Positions 51,099-63,093 of a stretch of 64,000 bases of DNA are shown piece after piece. Below the pieces are notes generated by a model. The model was given only the letters and a program-made list of their open reading frames with translations. It did no database searches and was not told the DNA's origin. Source of the stretch: Spirochaetia bacterium. Its GTDB lineage: Bacteria; Spirochaetota; Spirochaetia; DSM-16054; Sediminispirochaetaceae. Numbering within the stretch: the stretch's first letter is position 1; the number at the start of each line of letters is the position of its first letter. Location: assembly GCA_034520965.1 (NCBI GenBank), contig JAXHMY010000002.1, positions 384,001 through 448,000 of the forward strand. The letters run 5' to 3'. A program made the translations under genes and the position numbers.

Positions 51099-53329
51099 TC
51101 AGTTGTTTTCAGAGCCTGTTTTATGAAAAATAAACACCTGCGACACGTAATCACCTTCCAGCTGCGGAAGGGTTATTCCACGGTGCATCAGTTCACTGCC
51201 GGTGTAACTAAGACCGCTCGATTCTTCTTCATACACAGTATTCTCTTCTAGATAGGCCAATTTTACTCGTGGCGAGGGGGGATTCGCCTCGGCATGCAGG
51301 CGAAACCAGAACAGGAGGAAATAATCAGGGTCCGGGAAATCCTCAGTAAACTCTGTGCAGTTGATAAACATCCAGGCGGCATCGGATGACTCGAAGGGGC
51401 TTTCGATCCGAATGAAGCGGCCGAATTGAAGCAACCGGCGGTGCTGCACATAAAAGGCACTCTGCTGTTTAATCTGCCGGAGCTCGGTATCCGAGAGTGC
51501 CCGTAGATCCAGCTCATACCCGAAATTACCGCTCATAGCGGTATGTCCGCGGAACTCTAAGGAAGTAGTTCGCCCGACTTGGTGATTGGGAACGGCGGAC
51601 ACATGTGCTCCCATCGAAATAGGGGGGTAAAACAGACTGGTCCCGTACTGTATTTTGATTCGCGACACCGCATCGGTGTTATCACTGGTCCAATACTGGG
51701 GCATGTAATACAGAATCCCCAAATCAAAGCGGCCACCGCCGCCGGAGCAGCCCTCAAACAGCACCTTCGGATATGTGGCCGTAATTTCCTCCAGCACATG
51801 ATACAGTCCCAGTACGTAACGATGATACACCTCTTGCTGTTGGGAGGCCGGCAATTGGGGAGAGACCACATTTGTCAGGTACCGGTTCATGTCCCATTTC
51901 ACATAACTGATCGGTGCCGAAGAGAGAATCTGATCTAAAGTCTCTATTAAAAACTCACACACATCGCTGCGGCTGAGGTCGAGCACCAACTGATTACGAC
52001 CTTCGGCAACAGGACGATTAGGTATGGAGATATACCAATCCGGATGGGCCAGGGCTAATTTACTATTGAGGGAAATCATTTCAGGTTCAAGCCAAAGCCC
52101 GAATCGGAGCTCCCGTTTTTCAATTTCTTCTGTAAGTCCCTTCAGCCCGTGAGGCAGCTTCGCGTTATTTACACTCCAGTCACCTAATGATGTACGGTCG
52201 GAGTTCCTCTCACCGAACCATCCATCATCCAAAACAAACAGTTCTACCCCTAGATCGGCGGCAATACCACTCAGTTCTGACCAAGCCCTGCTCATCAAAA
52301 TCGAAATAGGTTGCCTCCCAATTGTTAAAGAGGATAGGGCGTTCAGCTTTTCTGAAAGGCGGCTGGAAAAATATGCTCGCGAATAAATCCGTGAAAATTA
52401 TGGCTCATTCCATTCAGCCCTTCATCAGAATAAATCATAAGGGCTTCGGGAGTATAAAAGCTGTCTCCCGGCTGCAGCTGCCACTCAAAAGTATCGGGAT
52501 GCAGGCCAAGGTTTAGCCGCAGCTTGTTATCGTGGTTGAGTTCCAATTCGGTGAGAAAGTTTCCGCTGTAGACAAATGAAAAACCGTAGGCCTCGCCCGA
52601 GAATTCGGTGGTGTGTGGTGAGACCAGCGCAAAGGAGGGGTTAAATTGATGACTGCTGGTTCCCCGGATACTGCCGAAGGCGGTAGTGCCGCTTTGAAGC
52701 GGGCGGCGCCGCAGCTGTCTCTCCCGGGCCCAGGCCCCGTGCAAATAAAGCAGTTCGTACTCCCAGTTATACAAATCCAGAGAAACACTGGCGGCTTTTT
52801 CAATTTTAATCGGTCGGCTGCCTTCATTGCTGAAACGAACATGCCGTGTGACTGCGTCGTACTCGTCAAACATGGTGTAAGAGAGGGTAATCCTCAAGCC
52901 GCTCCGGGAGTCATGCATTTGCAGCTCAACTGTTTCAAGATCCTGTGCATTTCCTGGACGGGCGGAGGGCAGACCGGGGATCGGATTTTTCCCCCGGTAG
53001 ATATGCGTTGTAAGCTCAAAGGGACCGGTGATTGGATAATTCTGTCCATCCCGTACGCGAAATGCAGGCGCTCGAAAGTCACCATTCTCTACAAATCCAT
53101 ACTCACACTGCATCTCCTCCACTAAGTAGGAGCTATCATTATCCTTGGCCCAGACCATAAAACCACGGTCCTTTGCAGGAAAAAACGGTTTTGATGCGGA
53201 TAAACTGGTCTTGGCTCCCCAATGCAGATGCAAGGGCATACTATGGTTGTAGAGTTTTATATTGTAACTGCTTTTCTTCCCATACAATGAAACAATCTGA
53301 TTGTCCGCATCAAAGGCTATCGTGCTCAT
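51099..53329 (-). CDS. Alpha-galactosidase, GH36 (frameshifted near 52330)
   Basis: GAWARER, SSHQFNP, LFNNWEATYFDF, LFVLDDGWFG, FGLWLEPEM, YVKWDMNR, EGCSGGGGRFD, WTSDNTD. Confidence 0.93.
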
Positions 53330-53337
53330 TTCTTGTT

Positions 53338-54099
53338 TTATGTGGTAATCTCTTCAGACTTACCCTTCATGAAGTCTTTATTTTTATCGCCAACCCAGTA
53401 CCGTTCACCGGCAATGCACCAGATGAAGGTAACCGGGTCATCATGGCTAAATACCGGATGATAGTTCAGCATTGGAATCGTCACCTGGTCGCCTACTTCG
53501 ACGGAGGTTACAAAAGTTTTATGCTCGTCGTCTTCATACACCTCCATGGCGCCCTTCCCTTCAATGAAAGCGTACACCTCTTCCTGATCGGTGTGATTAT
53601 GGGGCGGCCAGGCTCTGGTATAGGTTTCGTAAAAGGTATAGCCGGCAATGAGCTTATTGGCCTGCTCAGCTACATCGAACATAAGATAGACCTCTTTTTT
53701 GTTCAGGTAGCGTATACGATCTTTATTTTTCTTGATCTTTTTCCATTTTGAATGGTGAACAGGATACGATTGGTCCCCGACTGCCCGGTACAAATAAAGC
53801 AGCCCCTCATTTTCGCCGGCGTGGCGCACGGTAAAAGCTGTGTTGATGGGAATATAGAGCACATCGTAGTGTTCAAGGCGGTAATTTTCACCCTCTACTT
53901 CTACTTCGCAGGTGTCCTTAAGATTATAGATTAAAGTCTCTTCATATTTGAATGAGAGCTGCGGAGAGACGGCTCCCCCCCATATATCCATTTGAGCCCC
54001 ACTTAAGAACTTTAGGTTGGAATCGCTCTTATTGAAAAGTTCGCTTATTGTACATTGGCTTTTCTCTTTGTAAAATTTCTTTCCAGGTTTAATACCCAT
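53338..54099 (-). CDS. Bicupin of the IolB/KduI (5-deoxyglucuronate isomerase-like) family
   Basis: YDVLYIP, WPPHNH..QEEVY, YHPV, FIWCIAG. Confidence 0.65.
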   Translation of the reverse strand: MGIKPGKKFYKEKSQCTISELFNKSDSNLKFLSGAQMDIWGGAVSPQLSFKYEETLIYNLKDTCEVEVEGENYRLEHYDVLYIPINTAFTVRHAGENEGLLYLYRAVGDQSYPVHHSKWKKIKKNKDRIRYLNKKEVYLMFDVAEQANKLIAGYTFYETYTRAWPPHNHTDQEEVYAFIEGKGAMEVYEDDEHKTFVTSVEVGDQVTIPMLNYHPVFSHDDPVTFIWCIAGERYWVGDKNKDFMKGKSEEITT

Positions 54100-54142
54100 A
54101 CTTACTCCTTAATAAAATTATTGATGTCCCTATATAGAAGTC

Positions 54143-54166
54143 TTTTCAAAATGATAATTTTGAAAA
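54143..54166. promoter_or_regulatory. Palindromic operator candidate upstream of the cupin/GH36 pair
   Basis: TTTTCAAAAT-GATA-ATTTTGAAAA; the region is AT-rich, so chance is possible. Confidence 0.4.
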
Positions 54167-54357
54167 AACCTCACCTCTCAATTATTTTAATTAGTTTCTG
54201 TAAAAAAGTAAAGAGAGAATTAAGCAGATTCAGCAATACTAAATTTGAAAATTTTGATAACAAGTAGGACACGTTGTATTTAGGATAATAATTTACCTCA
54301 AAGGGTTTGAAACCTAATTTTGGCCAAGTCAAAGACTTCCGGAGTATTATGCGATTT

Positions 54358-55554
54358 TTACAGGGAAGTGAACGACGGAAGGAGGACTCTTCTGAGTACT
54401 TCGGTCCCCTGCCCCTCGCTGCTTTCTATTTCCACAGTGCCGTGATGGGCTTCGACTACGCTTTTAACAATAGCCATTCCTAAACCGGTCCCGCCGTTGG
54501 GGGAAGAAGAATAGAAGGGCTCGAAGATGTGGTCCAGTACTTCCTGACTCATGCCGCTTCCATCATCACGAACCGAGAACTTGATCATTTTATTTTCGTG
54601 AACCGCCGAAACTTTACAGCTGCCCTGACGGCCAAGGGCTTTGCGGGCATTTTCCAGGAGGTTGGTAAATACTCGCAGCATTCGCTTATGATCCATGATG
54701 ACTTGCCCGTCGTAATCGTAGGAGCACTCCACTTTGATATCCTTCGAAGTAAACCGATGCTCTGTAAAATCACAAATCTCGCGAAAGAAATCCGGTATTG
54801 AGACTATTCCCATATCGAGCCGAATTTCACCCCTCGAATAATCGAGCAGTTCATTTGCCAGCTGGTTGAGTCGTTCGGTTTCAAAACTGATTTTATCCAG
54901 ATACTTCGTCTCTTTCGAAGCTTCATCAGAGGATGCTCCACCGGAGGATAATGAAAGCATGTCCGCATAGGCTTTGATCACCGATATTGGATTGCGAATA
55001 TCGTGCAGAATCATAGATGAGAACTTGCCCAGAGTAGTAAGCCGTTCGTTGCGCAGCAGCTCGTCCTGGGCTGCCTGCAGCTCATCATAGGCCTTCTGAA
55101 GCTGTCGGTTGCGCTCGCGAAGGTCTTCAACAAAGCTCTGATTGCTTTTGCGAACCATGGCACTGAGGGAGCGAATAATAGCCAAGGCTACCAGAGAGTT
55201 CTCCTTCAGCAGGCGCTGAAACTCCTCTTCGTTGATGTACAGCAGACGGGAGCGGGTCCGAGTGACCACGGTGGCACTGCGCGGCAAATTATCTACCAGG
55301 GCCATCTCGCCGAAGAGTTTGTTAATTCCGTGCACCGCCAGAAGGTCGGCATAGGGACTGTCGTAATCTTTCCAGACTTCAACCTCTCCCTCCATGACGA
55401 TATAGAAACGGTCGGCCGCTTCCCCTTCGTAAAAAATGACCTTTCCGGGCGTCAGCTCTACCTCTCGGCAGTAGCGCATGATATCCTGTATATCCTCGTC
55501 ATTGAGGTTCTGAAAGAAGGGCACTTCCCGCAGAAAATGAAAATAGCCTTTCAT
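54358..55554 (-). CDS. cNMP-binding sensor histidine kinase (cytoplasmic)
   Basis: FGEMALVDNLPRSAT; H box LHDIRNP; N box NLLENA; G boxes DDGSGM and GGTGLGM. Confidence 0.92.
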   Translation of the reverse strand: MKGYFHFLREVPFFQNLNDEDIQDIMRYCREVELTPGKVIFYEGEAADRFYIVMEGEVEVWKDYDSPYADLLAVHGINKLFGEMALVDNLPRSATVVTRTRSRLLYINEEEFQRLLKENSLVALAIIRSLSAMVRKSNQSFVEDLRERNRQLQKAYDELQAAQDELLRNERLTTLGKFSSMILHDIRNPISVIKAYADMLSLSSGGASSDEASKETKYLDKISFETERLNQLANELLDYSRGEIRLDMGIVSIPDFFREICDFTEHRFTSKDIKVECSYDYDGQVIMDHKRMLRVFTNLLENARKALGRQGSCKVSAVHENKMIKFSVRDDGSGMSQEVLDHIFEPFYSSSPNGGTGLGMAIVKSVVEAHHGTVEIESSEGQGTEVLRRVLLPSFTSL

Positions 55555-55566
55555 TTTACAGCCGCC

Positions 55567-55980
55567 TTATTCACCGATAATTTTGATCAGAACTCTTTTT
55601 CGACGGCGCCCGTCAAACTCACCGTAAAAGATCGCCTCCCAAGGGCCAAGATCAAGTGACCCTTCACTTATTGCCACCACTACCTCGCGACCCATCACCT
55701 GGCGCTTGAGGTGAGCATCACCATTATCTTCCCCCACATTGTGGTTATACCCATCGCGGTCGTAGGGAGCCAGTTTTTCCAGCCAATCCATGTAATCCTG
55801 GTGCAAGCCGGATTCGTTGTCGTTGATAAATACACTGGCGGTAATATGCATCGCATTTACCAGACAGAGCCCCTCTTTTACCCCGCTCTCTTGAACCGCC
55901 TCTTGTACGTCCCTGGAAATATGGACGAACTGGTAACGCTCTTTGGTGTTAAACCATAACTCTTTGCGATAGCTCTTCAT
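55567..55980 (-). CDS. yjbQ: YjbQ/UPF0047 family protein
   Basis: [31 protein letters not shown]. Confidence 0.9.
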   Translation of the reverse strand: MKSYRKELWFNTKERYQFVHISRDVQEAVQESGVKEGLCLVNAMHITASVFINDNESGLHQDYMDWLEKLAPYDRDGYNHNVGEDNGDAHLKRQVMGREVVVAISEGSLDLGPWEAIFYGEFDGRRRKRVLIKIIGE

Positions 55981-56042
55981 ACCTGCCTCCGAATATCATA
56001 ATCAGCGGATTTCCGAGAAGATCCGCTGTGACAATTTTGCAC

Positions 56043-57788
56043 CTATTTCTGCGCTGATTCAACCCAGCCATCGATGGTGGCCTGGATCTTATCCAGCCGC
56101 CGGCCAACCTCAGCCTTGGCCTGCTCCAGTTCCTGACCGGCGGTACCCCGGCAGGAGGCATAGAATTTTATTTTTGGCTCGGTTCCCGAAGGGCGCGCCG
56201 TGACAATACTGCCGTCTTGCAGGATAAACTGCAGCACGTTTGATGAAGGCAAACCGGTAGTGGCACTTTGGTAGTAATCTTTTACCTGAGAGACCGTAAT
56301 GCCGCCAACTTCTGTGGGGGGATTCTCGCGCAGCCGCCGCATCAGTCCGTCCATAACCTCCTTACCGGACATCCCCTTGAAGGCGCGGGACACCAGAATC
56401 TCCTGAAAAAAACCATATTCCTGATAAATTTCATTTAGCCGGTCAAGCAAGGACTTGTTGCGGGTACGGTGGTAAAGGGCCATCTCGGCGGTGAGAACGG
56501 CCGCAGATACGGCATCCTTATCGCGGATTTTATCGGTTGCCAGGTATCCGTAACTCTCCTCTCCGCCAAAGACGTAGGTTTCGCCGCTCGTTTCAAACTG
56601 CTTGATCTTATCTGCAATATACTTAAAACCGGTCAGCACATCGTACGAGGCGGCCCCGTAGGATTCGGCAATCAAGCGCTGAAGTTCAGTGGTAACAATT
56701 GTTTTGACGAAAGCCGGTTTATCGGGCAGTGTACCCAGCTCTTTACGGGACTGGAAAATATAATCGGCCAGAAGAGCTCCTAACTGGTTTCCGTTTATCA
56801 GCTGAAACTCATTATCGCTGCCGGGAACGGGATTTTTGGGAACAGCTATTCCCAAACGGTCCCCGTCGGGGTCGGTTCCCATTACTAAATCGGCCCGCTT
56901 CTCTTTTCCAAGCTCAATGGCCATTTTCATGGCCGAAGCTTCTTCCGGATTGGGAGATTTGACCGTAGGGAAGTTGCCGTCGGGCTCAGCTTGCTCGGGA
57001 ACCTCGATAACCTCGATGCCCATTTCGCCCAGCACCTGGGGCAGCCCCACCCCGCCGGTACCATGGAGGGGTGTAAAAACTACCTTTAGTTCGCTGCCGT
57101 GCTGCTGCAGTAATTCGGGCCGTAGACTGCAGTCTTTAACAACCTGCCGGTATTCGGCATCAATCTGCTCGTCAATTACTGTCAGAAGCCCCTTTTTTTG
57201 TGCTTCCTCGCGAGCTATCAGCTGTATCTTGGTTCCAACTTTATGTACCTCGTCAATAATTCCCTTATCGTGGGGGGGCACAATCTGACCGCCGTCGGAC
57301 CAATACACTTTATATCCATTGTACTCCGACGGGTTATGGCTGGCGGTTACCACAATACCTGCGGTAGCCTGCAGAGCCCGTACCGCGTAGGAGAGCTCGG
57401 GAGTTGGCCGCAGCCCTGAAAACAGATAAACCTTGATGCCGTTGGCAGCCAAAACCCGGGCCGCCTCTTCAGCAAAAAGGTCGGAGAAATTGCGGGAATC
57501 GTAGGCAATCACCACCGAACCTTTATCCGTCGTCTTCTTGATGTAATTTGCCAGGCCTTGGGTTGCCTGCTGGATAATAAAGGGGTTTACACGGTTGTAG
57601 CCGCCGCCGATTACTCCGCGCAATCCGCCGGTGCCAAAACTCAACTGGGTATAAAATCGATCATTCAAGTTATCGATATCATTCTGATCCAGAACCTTCT
57701 GCAGTTCCTGTTTGAAGTAGGAATGCGTCTCTAGGGACAGATATTCCTGGGCTGCCGATTTAAGTTCGTTTTCATTCATATGCTCCAC
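56043..57788 (-). CDS. Phosphoglucomutase/phosphomannomutase
   Basis: FGTGGLRG, TASHNP, DPDGDR, GEESYG, RPSGTEPKIK. Confidence 0.95.
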   Translation of the reverse strand: MEHMNENELKSAAQEYLSLETHSYFKQELQKVLDQNDIDNLNDRFYTQLSFGTGGLRGVIGGGYNRVNPFIIQQATQGLANYIKKTTDKGSVVIAYDSRNFSDLFAEEAARVLAANGIKVYLFSGLRPTPELSYAVRALQATAGIVVTASHNPSEYNGYKVYWSDGGQIVPPHDKGIIDEVHKVGTKIQLIAREEAQKKGLLTVIDEQIDAEYRQVVKDCSLRPELLQQHGSELKVVFTPLHGTGGVGLPQVLGEMGIEVIEVPEQAEPDGNFPTVKSPNPEEASAMKMAIELGKEKRADLVMGTDPDGDRLGIAVPKNPVPGSDNEFQLINGNQLGALLADYIFQSRKELGTLPDKPAFVKTIVTTELQRLIAESYGAASYDVLTGFKYIADKIKQFETSGETYVFGGEESYGYLATDKIRDKDAVSAAVLTAEMALYHRTRNKSLLDRLNEIYQEYGFFQEILVSRAFKGMSGKEVMDGLMRRLRENPPTEVGGITVSQVKDYYQSATTGLPSSNVLQFILQDGSIVTARPSGTEPKIKFYASCRGTAGQELEQAKAEVGRRLDKIQATIDGWVESAQK

Positions 57789-57915
57789 CTCATTTTATTC
57801 GCTCTTTTCTTTCAGTATAATAAGAGTTCTCACGCTCTGTCCAATAGTTTCGTATGTCCTCCCTGGCACACGAAACGACAAAAATAGCCGTATACGGCTA
57901 TTTTTTTAATAAAAA

Positions 57916-58602
57916 TCAGGAAACAGAGAGAGGAAACAGAGACAGCAGTTCTTTGGGTGCGTTCAGCAGCATCCGCGCTCCCCGCTCCTGCAGTTCCGCT
58001 ACCGGCCGATATCCCCAGGAGACTCCAACCGGAAACAGACCGGCGCTTACCGCTGTGTCCATATCGATCCCACTATCGCCTACGTAAAGCACCTCCTCCG
58101 GCAGCACATCAACAGTTCGCAAGAGAAGCTGCACCCCTTGCGGATCGGGTTTAGGCGGAATTTTATCCGAGGCCCCCTGAACCGCCATAAACTCTACGTG
58201 CGGAAAGAATTCAGCTGCAATAGTGTTGGTTAAGAGGTGCTCTTTATTCGATAAAATCGCCAATCGGATACTGCGCTGCTGGAGCTCCGCTAACAATTCG
58301 GGAATCCCTTCGTACGGGGTAGTATCCTGATACGGCAGGCGTCGATACTCACGAAGCAGTTCTACAGTAAGCTCTTCGACCAGAGAGGTCGTGGCGGCAG
58401 TATTCTGAAATTCCTCCGGAAGGGCCCGCCGCAGGGTCTCGTCCAAGCCCCAGCCCACCTTGCCTCTGTAGGCTTCAACCGGATGCTCCGGAAATCCCTT
58501 GACGGCGAGGGCCCGATTTGCTGCCCTGGCGATATCGGGTAAAGTATACAGCAGGGTCCCATCCATGTCGAAGAAGACCGCTTTGAATTTATAATGGTGC
58601 AT
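57916..58602 (-). CDS. HAD-family hydrolase (phosphoglycolate phosphatase-like)
   Basis: FDMDGTL, LSNK, KPDP, YVGDS..D. Confidence 0.9.
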   Translation of the reverse strand: MHHYKFKAVFFDMDGTLLYTLPDIARAANRALAVKGFPEHPVEAYRGKVGWGLDETLRRALPEEFQNTAATTSLVEELTVELLREYRRLPYQDTTPYEGIPELLAELQQRSIRLAILSNKEHLLTNTIAAEFFPHVEFMAVQGASDKIPPKPDPQGVQLLLRTVDVLPEEVLYVGDSGIDMDTAVSAGLFPVGVSWGYRPVAELQERGARMLLNAPKELLSLFPLSVS

Positions 58603-58778
58603 AATGGAACCACTTTACCTGAATGCGTCTGAATTTGAAATAGGGTTGAAATAGGTAAAAGTACTGAACTCATATTTGCTGTCCAGATTCACTTGCCCTT
58701 CGATGAAAAAATACGTTATGGTTGCCGAAAGTGCATCTGGCCTTGGAAAACAAACAAAAGGACACCCTGGAGGACAAT

Positions 58779-59916
58779 ATGAAAGTTCCGGTTTCACTGG
58801 TGCGTTGTGCCGCCTATAAACCCCATGAGCTGGCCAAGTCACTTTCCGAGGCAATTGAACTGGCCGGTGGATTAGAGCTTGCGGGGCAGCGGGTTTTGCT
58901 AAAACCGAATATTTTACGAGACGCAGCTCCTGAGCGAGCCTTGTCGACTCACCCGGAGTTTGTCCGAGCGGTAATTCGCTATGTGAAGGCCGCCGGGGCA
59001 AAGCGCATACTGGTCGGTGACAGCCCGGGAGTACACCTGGGCGATTTCGAAGGCCGCGGCTGCGGCATTCGACAGGTGGTCGATGAGGAAGGGGCCGAGT
59101 GGGCAGATTTCCGCAGCGGAAAAAAGGAGTTCACCCTCCAGAACCCGCTCATTGAATCCTTCCTTTCAGCTTACCAACATCCTGGACCAAGTTGATGTGG
59201 TTATATCCCTGCCCAAGCTCAAAACCCACCAGTTCATGTTTTATACCGGAGCCATGAAAAATCTGTATGGACTGATCCCCGGCTATAAAAAAGCCGGCTT
59301 GCACGTAAAATACTCCAGTCGGGATGATTTTGCCAAGATGCTGATCGATCTGCTGCAGGTGCTGCCGCCACACTATGCACTCATGGACGCAGTGGTAGCC
59401 ATGGAAGGCCCCGGGCCGGGAAACGGCTTCCCCCGTTCCCTCGGTTTGATAGCCGCCAGTCGGAGTACATTGGCCCTGGACCTTGTCGCTTCCCAATTGA
59501 TCGGCTATGATCCACACTCGATCCCGACGAATCGGCACGCCCTGGGAGTGCTCGACGGAATCAACAGTGTCGATGACTTCGAGCTTAAGGGATTGAGCCT
59601 GGACGAGGCTCGGCCAAGGCAGTTCGAGTTGATCGGCGGCTCACAGCGAGGTCCTATAACCCGCTTTTTAATGCACTTCCGGCTGTTTCAAAAATTAGAG
59701 ACAAGGTCGCGCCCAACGCCGAAGTTTAACCATGAAAAATGCATCCTCTGCGGAGAATGTATTGCAATTTGTGCATCCCGAGCACTCACTTTTGCCGCAG
59801 ACGCCAACGGGCAGCGCTATGTAAAGCTTGATGAATCTAAATGCATTCGCTGCTACTGCTGTCATGAAATTTGTCCGGTAGAAGCAATAACTATTGAGGA
59901 ACATACGTGTCACTAG
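58779..59916 (+). CDS. DUF362 domain protein with C-terminal 2x[4Fe-4S] ferredoxin (frameshifted)
   Basis: VLLKPN, THPEFV, LPKLKTH, TGAMKNLYG, MEGPGP; CILCGECIAIC and CIRCYCCHEICP. Confidence 0.88.
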
Positions 59917-61911
59917 ATTTACAACAGGAACTAAACCCCGAACAGTATATTGCCGCCTCGACCACTCGACGGACCGCTGCTGATTATAGCAGGAGCCGGA
60001 TCGGGCAAGACGCGGATGATAATATTTCGCATTGCCCATATGCTGGAGCAGGGCATCCCGCAATCATCGATTATTGCCCTTACCTTCACCAACAAAGCGG
60101 CCCGCGAGATGACCGCCCGGGTACGGGAGCTGACCGGCAAGCGCCTTTCGAACCTTACCTTGTCTACCTTCCACGCCTTTGGGGTTCAAGTGCTGCGCAG
60201 CCATATACAGCACCTGGGCTTTAAGAAAAACTTCAGCATCTACGATCAATCGGATAAGATATCCCTGCTAAAAGAGGTAGCCCGCGAGCTGAATATCACG
60301 GCCGATCAGGTCGACTTTTATGAAACCGCCAATATTTTTCCGCCATCAAGACCGGCCGCAGCGGCTGGAACCCGTGAGAATCGAGTCGTTAAAACCGGAT
60401 GTATCAGGAGTACCAGGAGCACCTGCAGGTGTACGACGCGGTAGATTTTGACGACCTGATTATGCTGCCGATCAAGCTGCTGGAAGAGCATCCCGACGTG
60501 CTTGAGTATTACCGCTCGCGGTTTCGCTACATCATGGTCGATGAGTTTCAGGATACAAGCTTAGCCCAGTACCGCATGATGAAGCTGCTCTCGGATGAGT
60601 CGCGGAACATCTGCGTGGTGGGCGATGATGATCAGTCGATCTACTCCTGGCGGGGGCGAACTATCTAAATATCGTGCAGTTCGAACGCGACTTCCCCGAG
60701 CGAATCGAAATTAAGCTGGAACAGAACTACCGCTCCACTCGCCACATACTTGATGCGGCGAACGGGCTTATCTCACACAACGAAAACCGAAAAACTAAAA
60801 AACTGTGGACAGGTATCGAAGGGGGCAAGGCGCTTGAGCTGTATTATCCGGAGGATGAATTACGGGAGGCGGATTTTGTCACCGAGATGATCAAAACTCT
60901 GGTAATGCGGGAGAAATACCGTTATCACGACTTCGGGATTTTGGTGCGGACCAACAGCCTTACCGCCGTTCTGGAAAATGGCCTGCTGGCGGAGAATATC
61001 CCCTACCGCGTCTCCGGCGGGCAGAGCTTTTTTCAGCGTAAAGAAATTAAAGATGTCATTGCGTATCTTAAGGTCATCGCTAATCCGGATGACGACATGA
61101 ATCTGCTGCGCGTTATTAATACCCCTCGACGGGGAATCGGCAAAACTACCCTTCAGAAAATTCGCAGTATCGCGGAGGAGAAGAAGTATTCCCTTTACTC
61201 TACAATTTCCGCACTGCGCTGGGCCACGGACGCACCGATTACTGCAAAGGCTAAAGAAAATTTGGAAGAGTTTATCGGTCTGGTCGAATATTACCGCGAA
61301 CGAATTTTAACCGGCAAAAAGATGGCCGAGACAACCCGCTCATTGATTAACCGGATTGATTATTGGGCACATCTGCTGCAGGAACATTCGACCAACGACA
61401 AGGTTGCCCGCTGGAAGTACAAGAACGTGGGAACCTTTATAGACCTCTTCGAACGCTGGGAGAATGATCCGGACAACCTGGATCCGAATATCTACACCTA
61501 TCTCAACCGCATTTCCCTGATTACCCGGGATGATGATGATGAAGACGAGAAGGGAAAGGTCAACCTGATGACTATCCACGCTTCCAAGGGGCTGGAGTTC
61601 GAAATTGTCTTTCTGGCGGGGGTGGAGGCACACCTTATTCCCCACGCCCGTTCGGTAGAAGAGGACCCCAATAACTTAGAAGAGGAGCGGCGGCTTTTTT
61701 ACGTGGCAATTACCCGAGCAAAACAGAAGCTTTACATGACAAGCTGTCTTACCCGTAGAGTCATGCGTGAAATAACCGAGTCCGGCCCATCTCCCTTCTT
61801 CTGCAGGAGATCCCGGCCGAATTGATTGAAATACACCAGCCCGAGGAAGATTTAGACCCCGAGGAAGTGGCGGACATGTTTGCGGCCATGAAATCGAAAA
61901 TGGGCAAATAA
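59907..61911 (+). CDS. UvrD/PcrA/Rep SF1 DNA helicase (frameshifted)
   Basis: LNPEQ, AGAGSGKT, TFTNKAA, VDEFQD, VGDDDQSIY, LEQNYRS, TIHASKGLEF, EERRLFYVAITRA. Confidence 0.93.
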
Positions 61912-62039
61912 ATTCATTCCCGGGGCGCTGGCCAGGGCTCCGGCCCAGGCGCTGGAGTTTTCATTTTTCTTAAAATAGAGTACCCTTGTACCACGCACTT
62001 TTTATACATACACTTTTTTTACATAAGGATACGATTTCT

Positions 62040-63080
62040 ATGCACGATATTAGAACTTTGGAAAATTCCAACAGCTGCATTACAGCTCATTGATCAGAGA
62101 AAACTTCCCTCAGCCGCGAGCTGTATATATGTTCAACCTACGAAGAGGTAGCACTGCCATCCGCGATATGGTGGTACGCGGAGCCCCTGCAATCGGAGCC
62201 ACCGCAGCATACGGAGTGTACCTGGCGGCAGCTGCCTATCAGGAGTTTCCCCACGAGGCGTTTTTTTCCAAGCTCCGCGAAGCCTGCCATGTACTCATAA
62301 AAGCACGGCCTACTGCGGTCAACCTCAGATGGGCGGTCCGAAGAATGCTGGCTCTAGCCGAATCATCTTCTGCATTAACCCCGGCCCAGATCGCCGAAAG
62401 GCTGTTAGCCGAAGCAAAGGCCGTTCAGCAGGAGGATGTCGACACTAATCGCCGTATGGGAAGCCACGGAAACAGCCTCATTCCCCAAAAAGCGCATATT
62501 CTGACCCACTGCAATACCGGTACCTTGGCCACTGCCGGATGGGGAACCGCCTTGGGAGTGGTCCGGTCGGCGGTGGAAGCGGGAAAAGAGGTCTTTGTGT
62601 ATGCCGATGAAACCCGGCCTCGACTGCAAGGAGGACGGCTTACTGCCTGGGAGCTGGTTCAGGAAGGAATACCCGGCCAAACTGATTGCCGACAGCACCG
62701 CCGCTTTTTTAATGCAGCAGGAAAGGTCAGATTTAATAGTGGTGGGGGCCGACCGCATCGCTTCCAATGGCGATACAAGTAATAAGATCGGAACCTATAT
62801 GTTGTCGGTTCTTGCCAAGGAGCATGGGATTCCCTTTTACGTGGTTGCACCTGTTTCAACTATTGATTACGAAATTGAAAGCGGCCGGGAAATCCCGATT
62901 GAAGAGCGCAGCCGGGAGGAGGTAACCCACGTCGGCGCATGCCAAATTGCTCCCGACGGGATAGAGGTGTATAATCCGGCCTTCGATATTACCCCGCACA
63001 CCTACATCAGTGCAATTGTAACCGAATACGGGGTAGCTCGTCCGCCCTTCACCCAATCACTATCCGCCTTTCAGACCTAG
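62040..63080 (+). CDS. mtnA: S-methyl-5-thioribose-1-phosphate isomerase (frameshifted)
   Basis: [57 protein letters not shown]. Confidence 0.92.
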
Positions 63081-63093
63081 TGAAGACAGCCCA

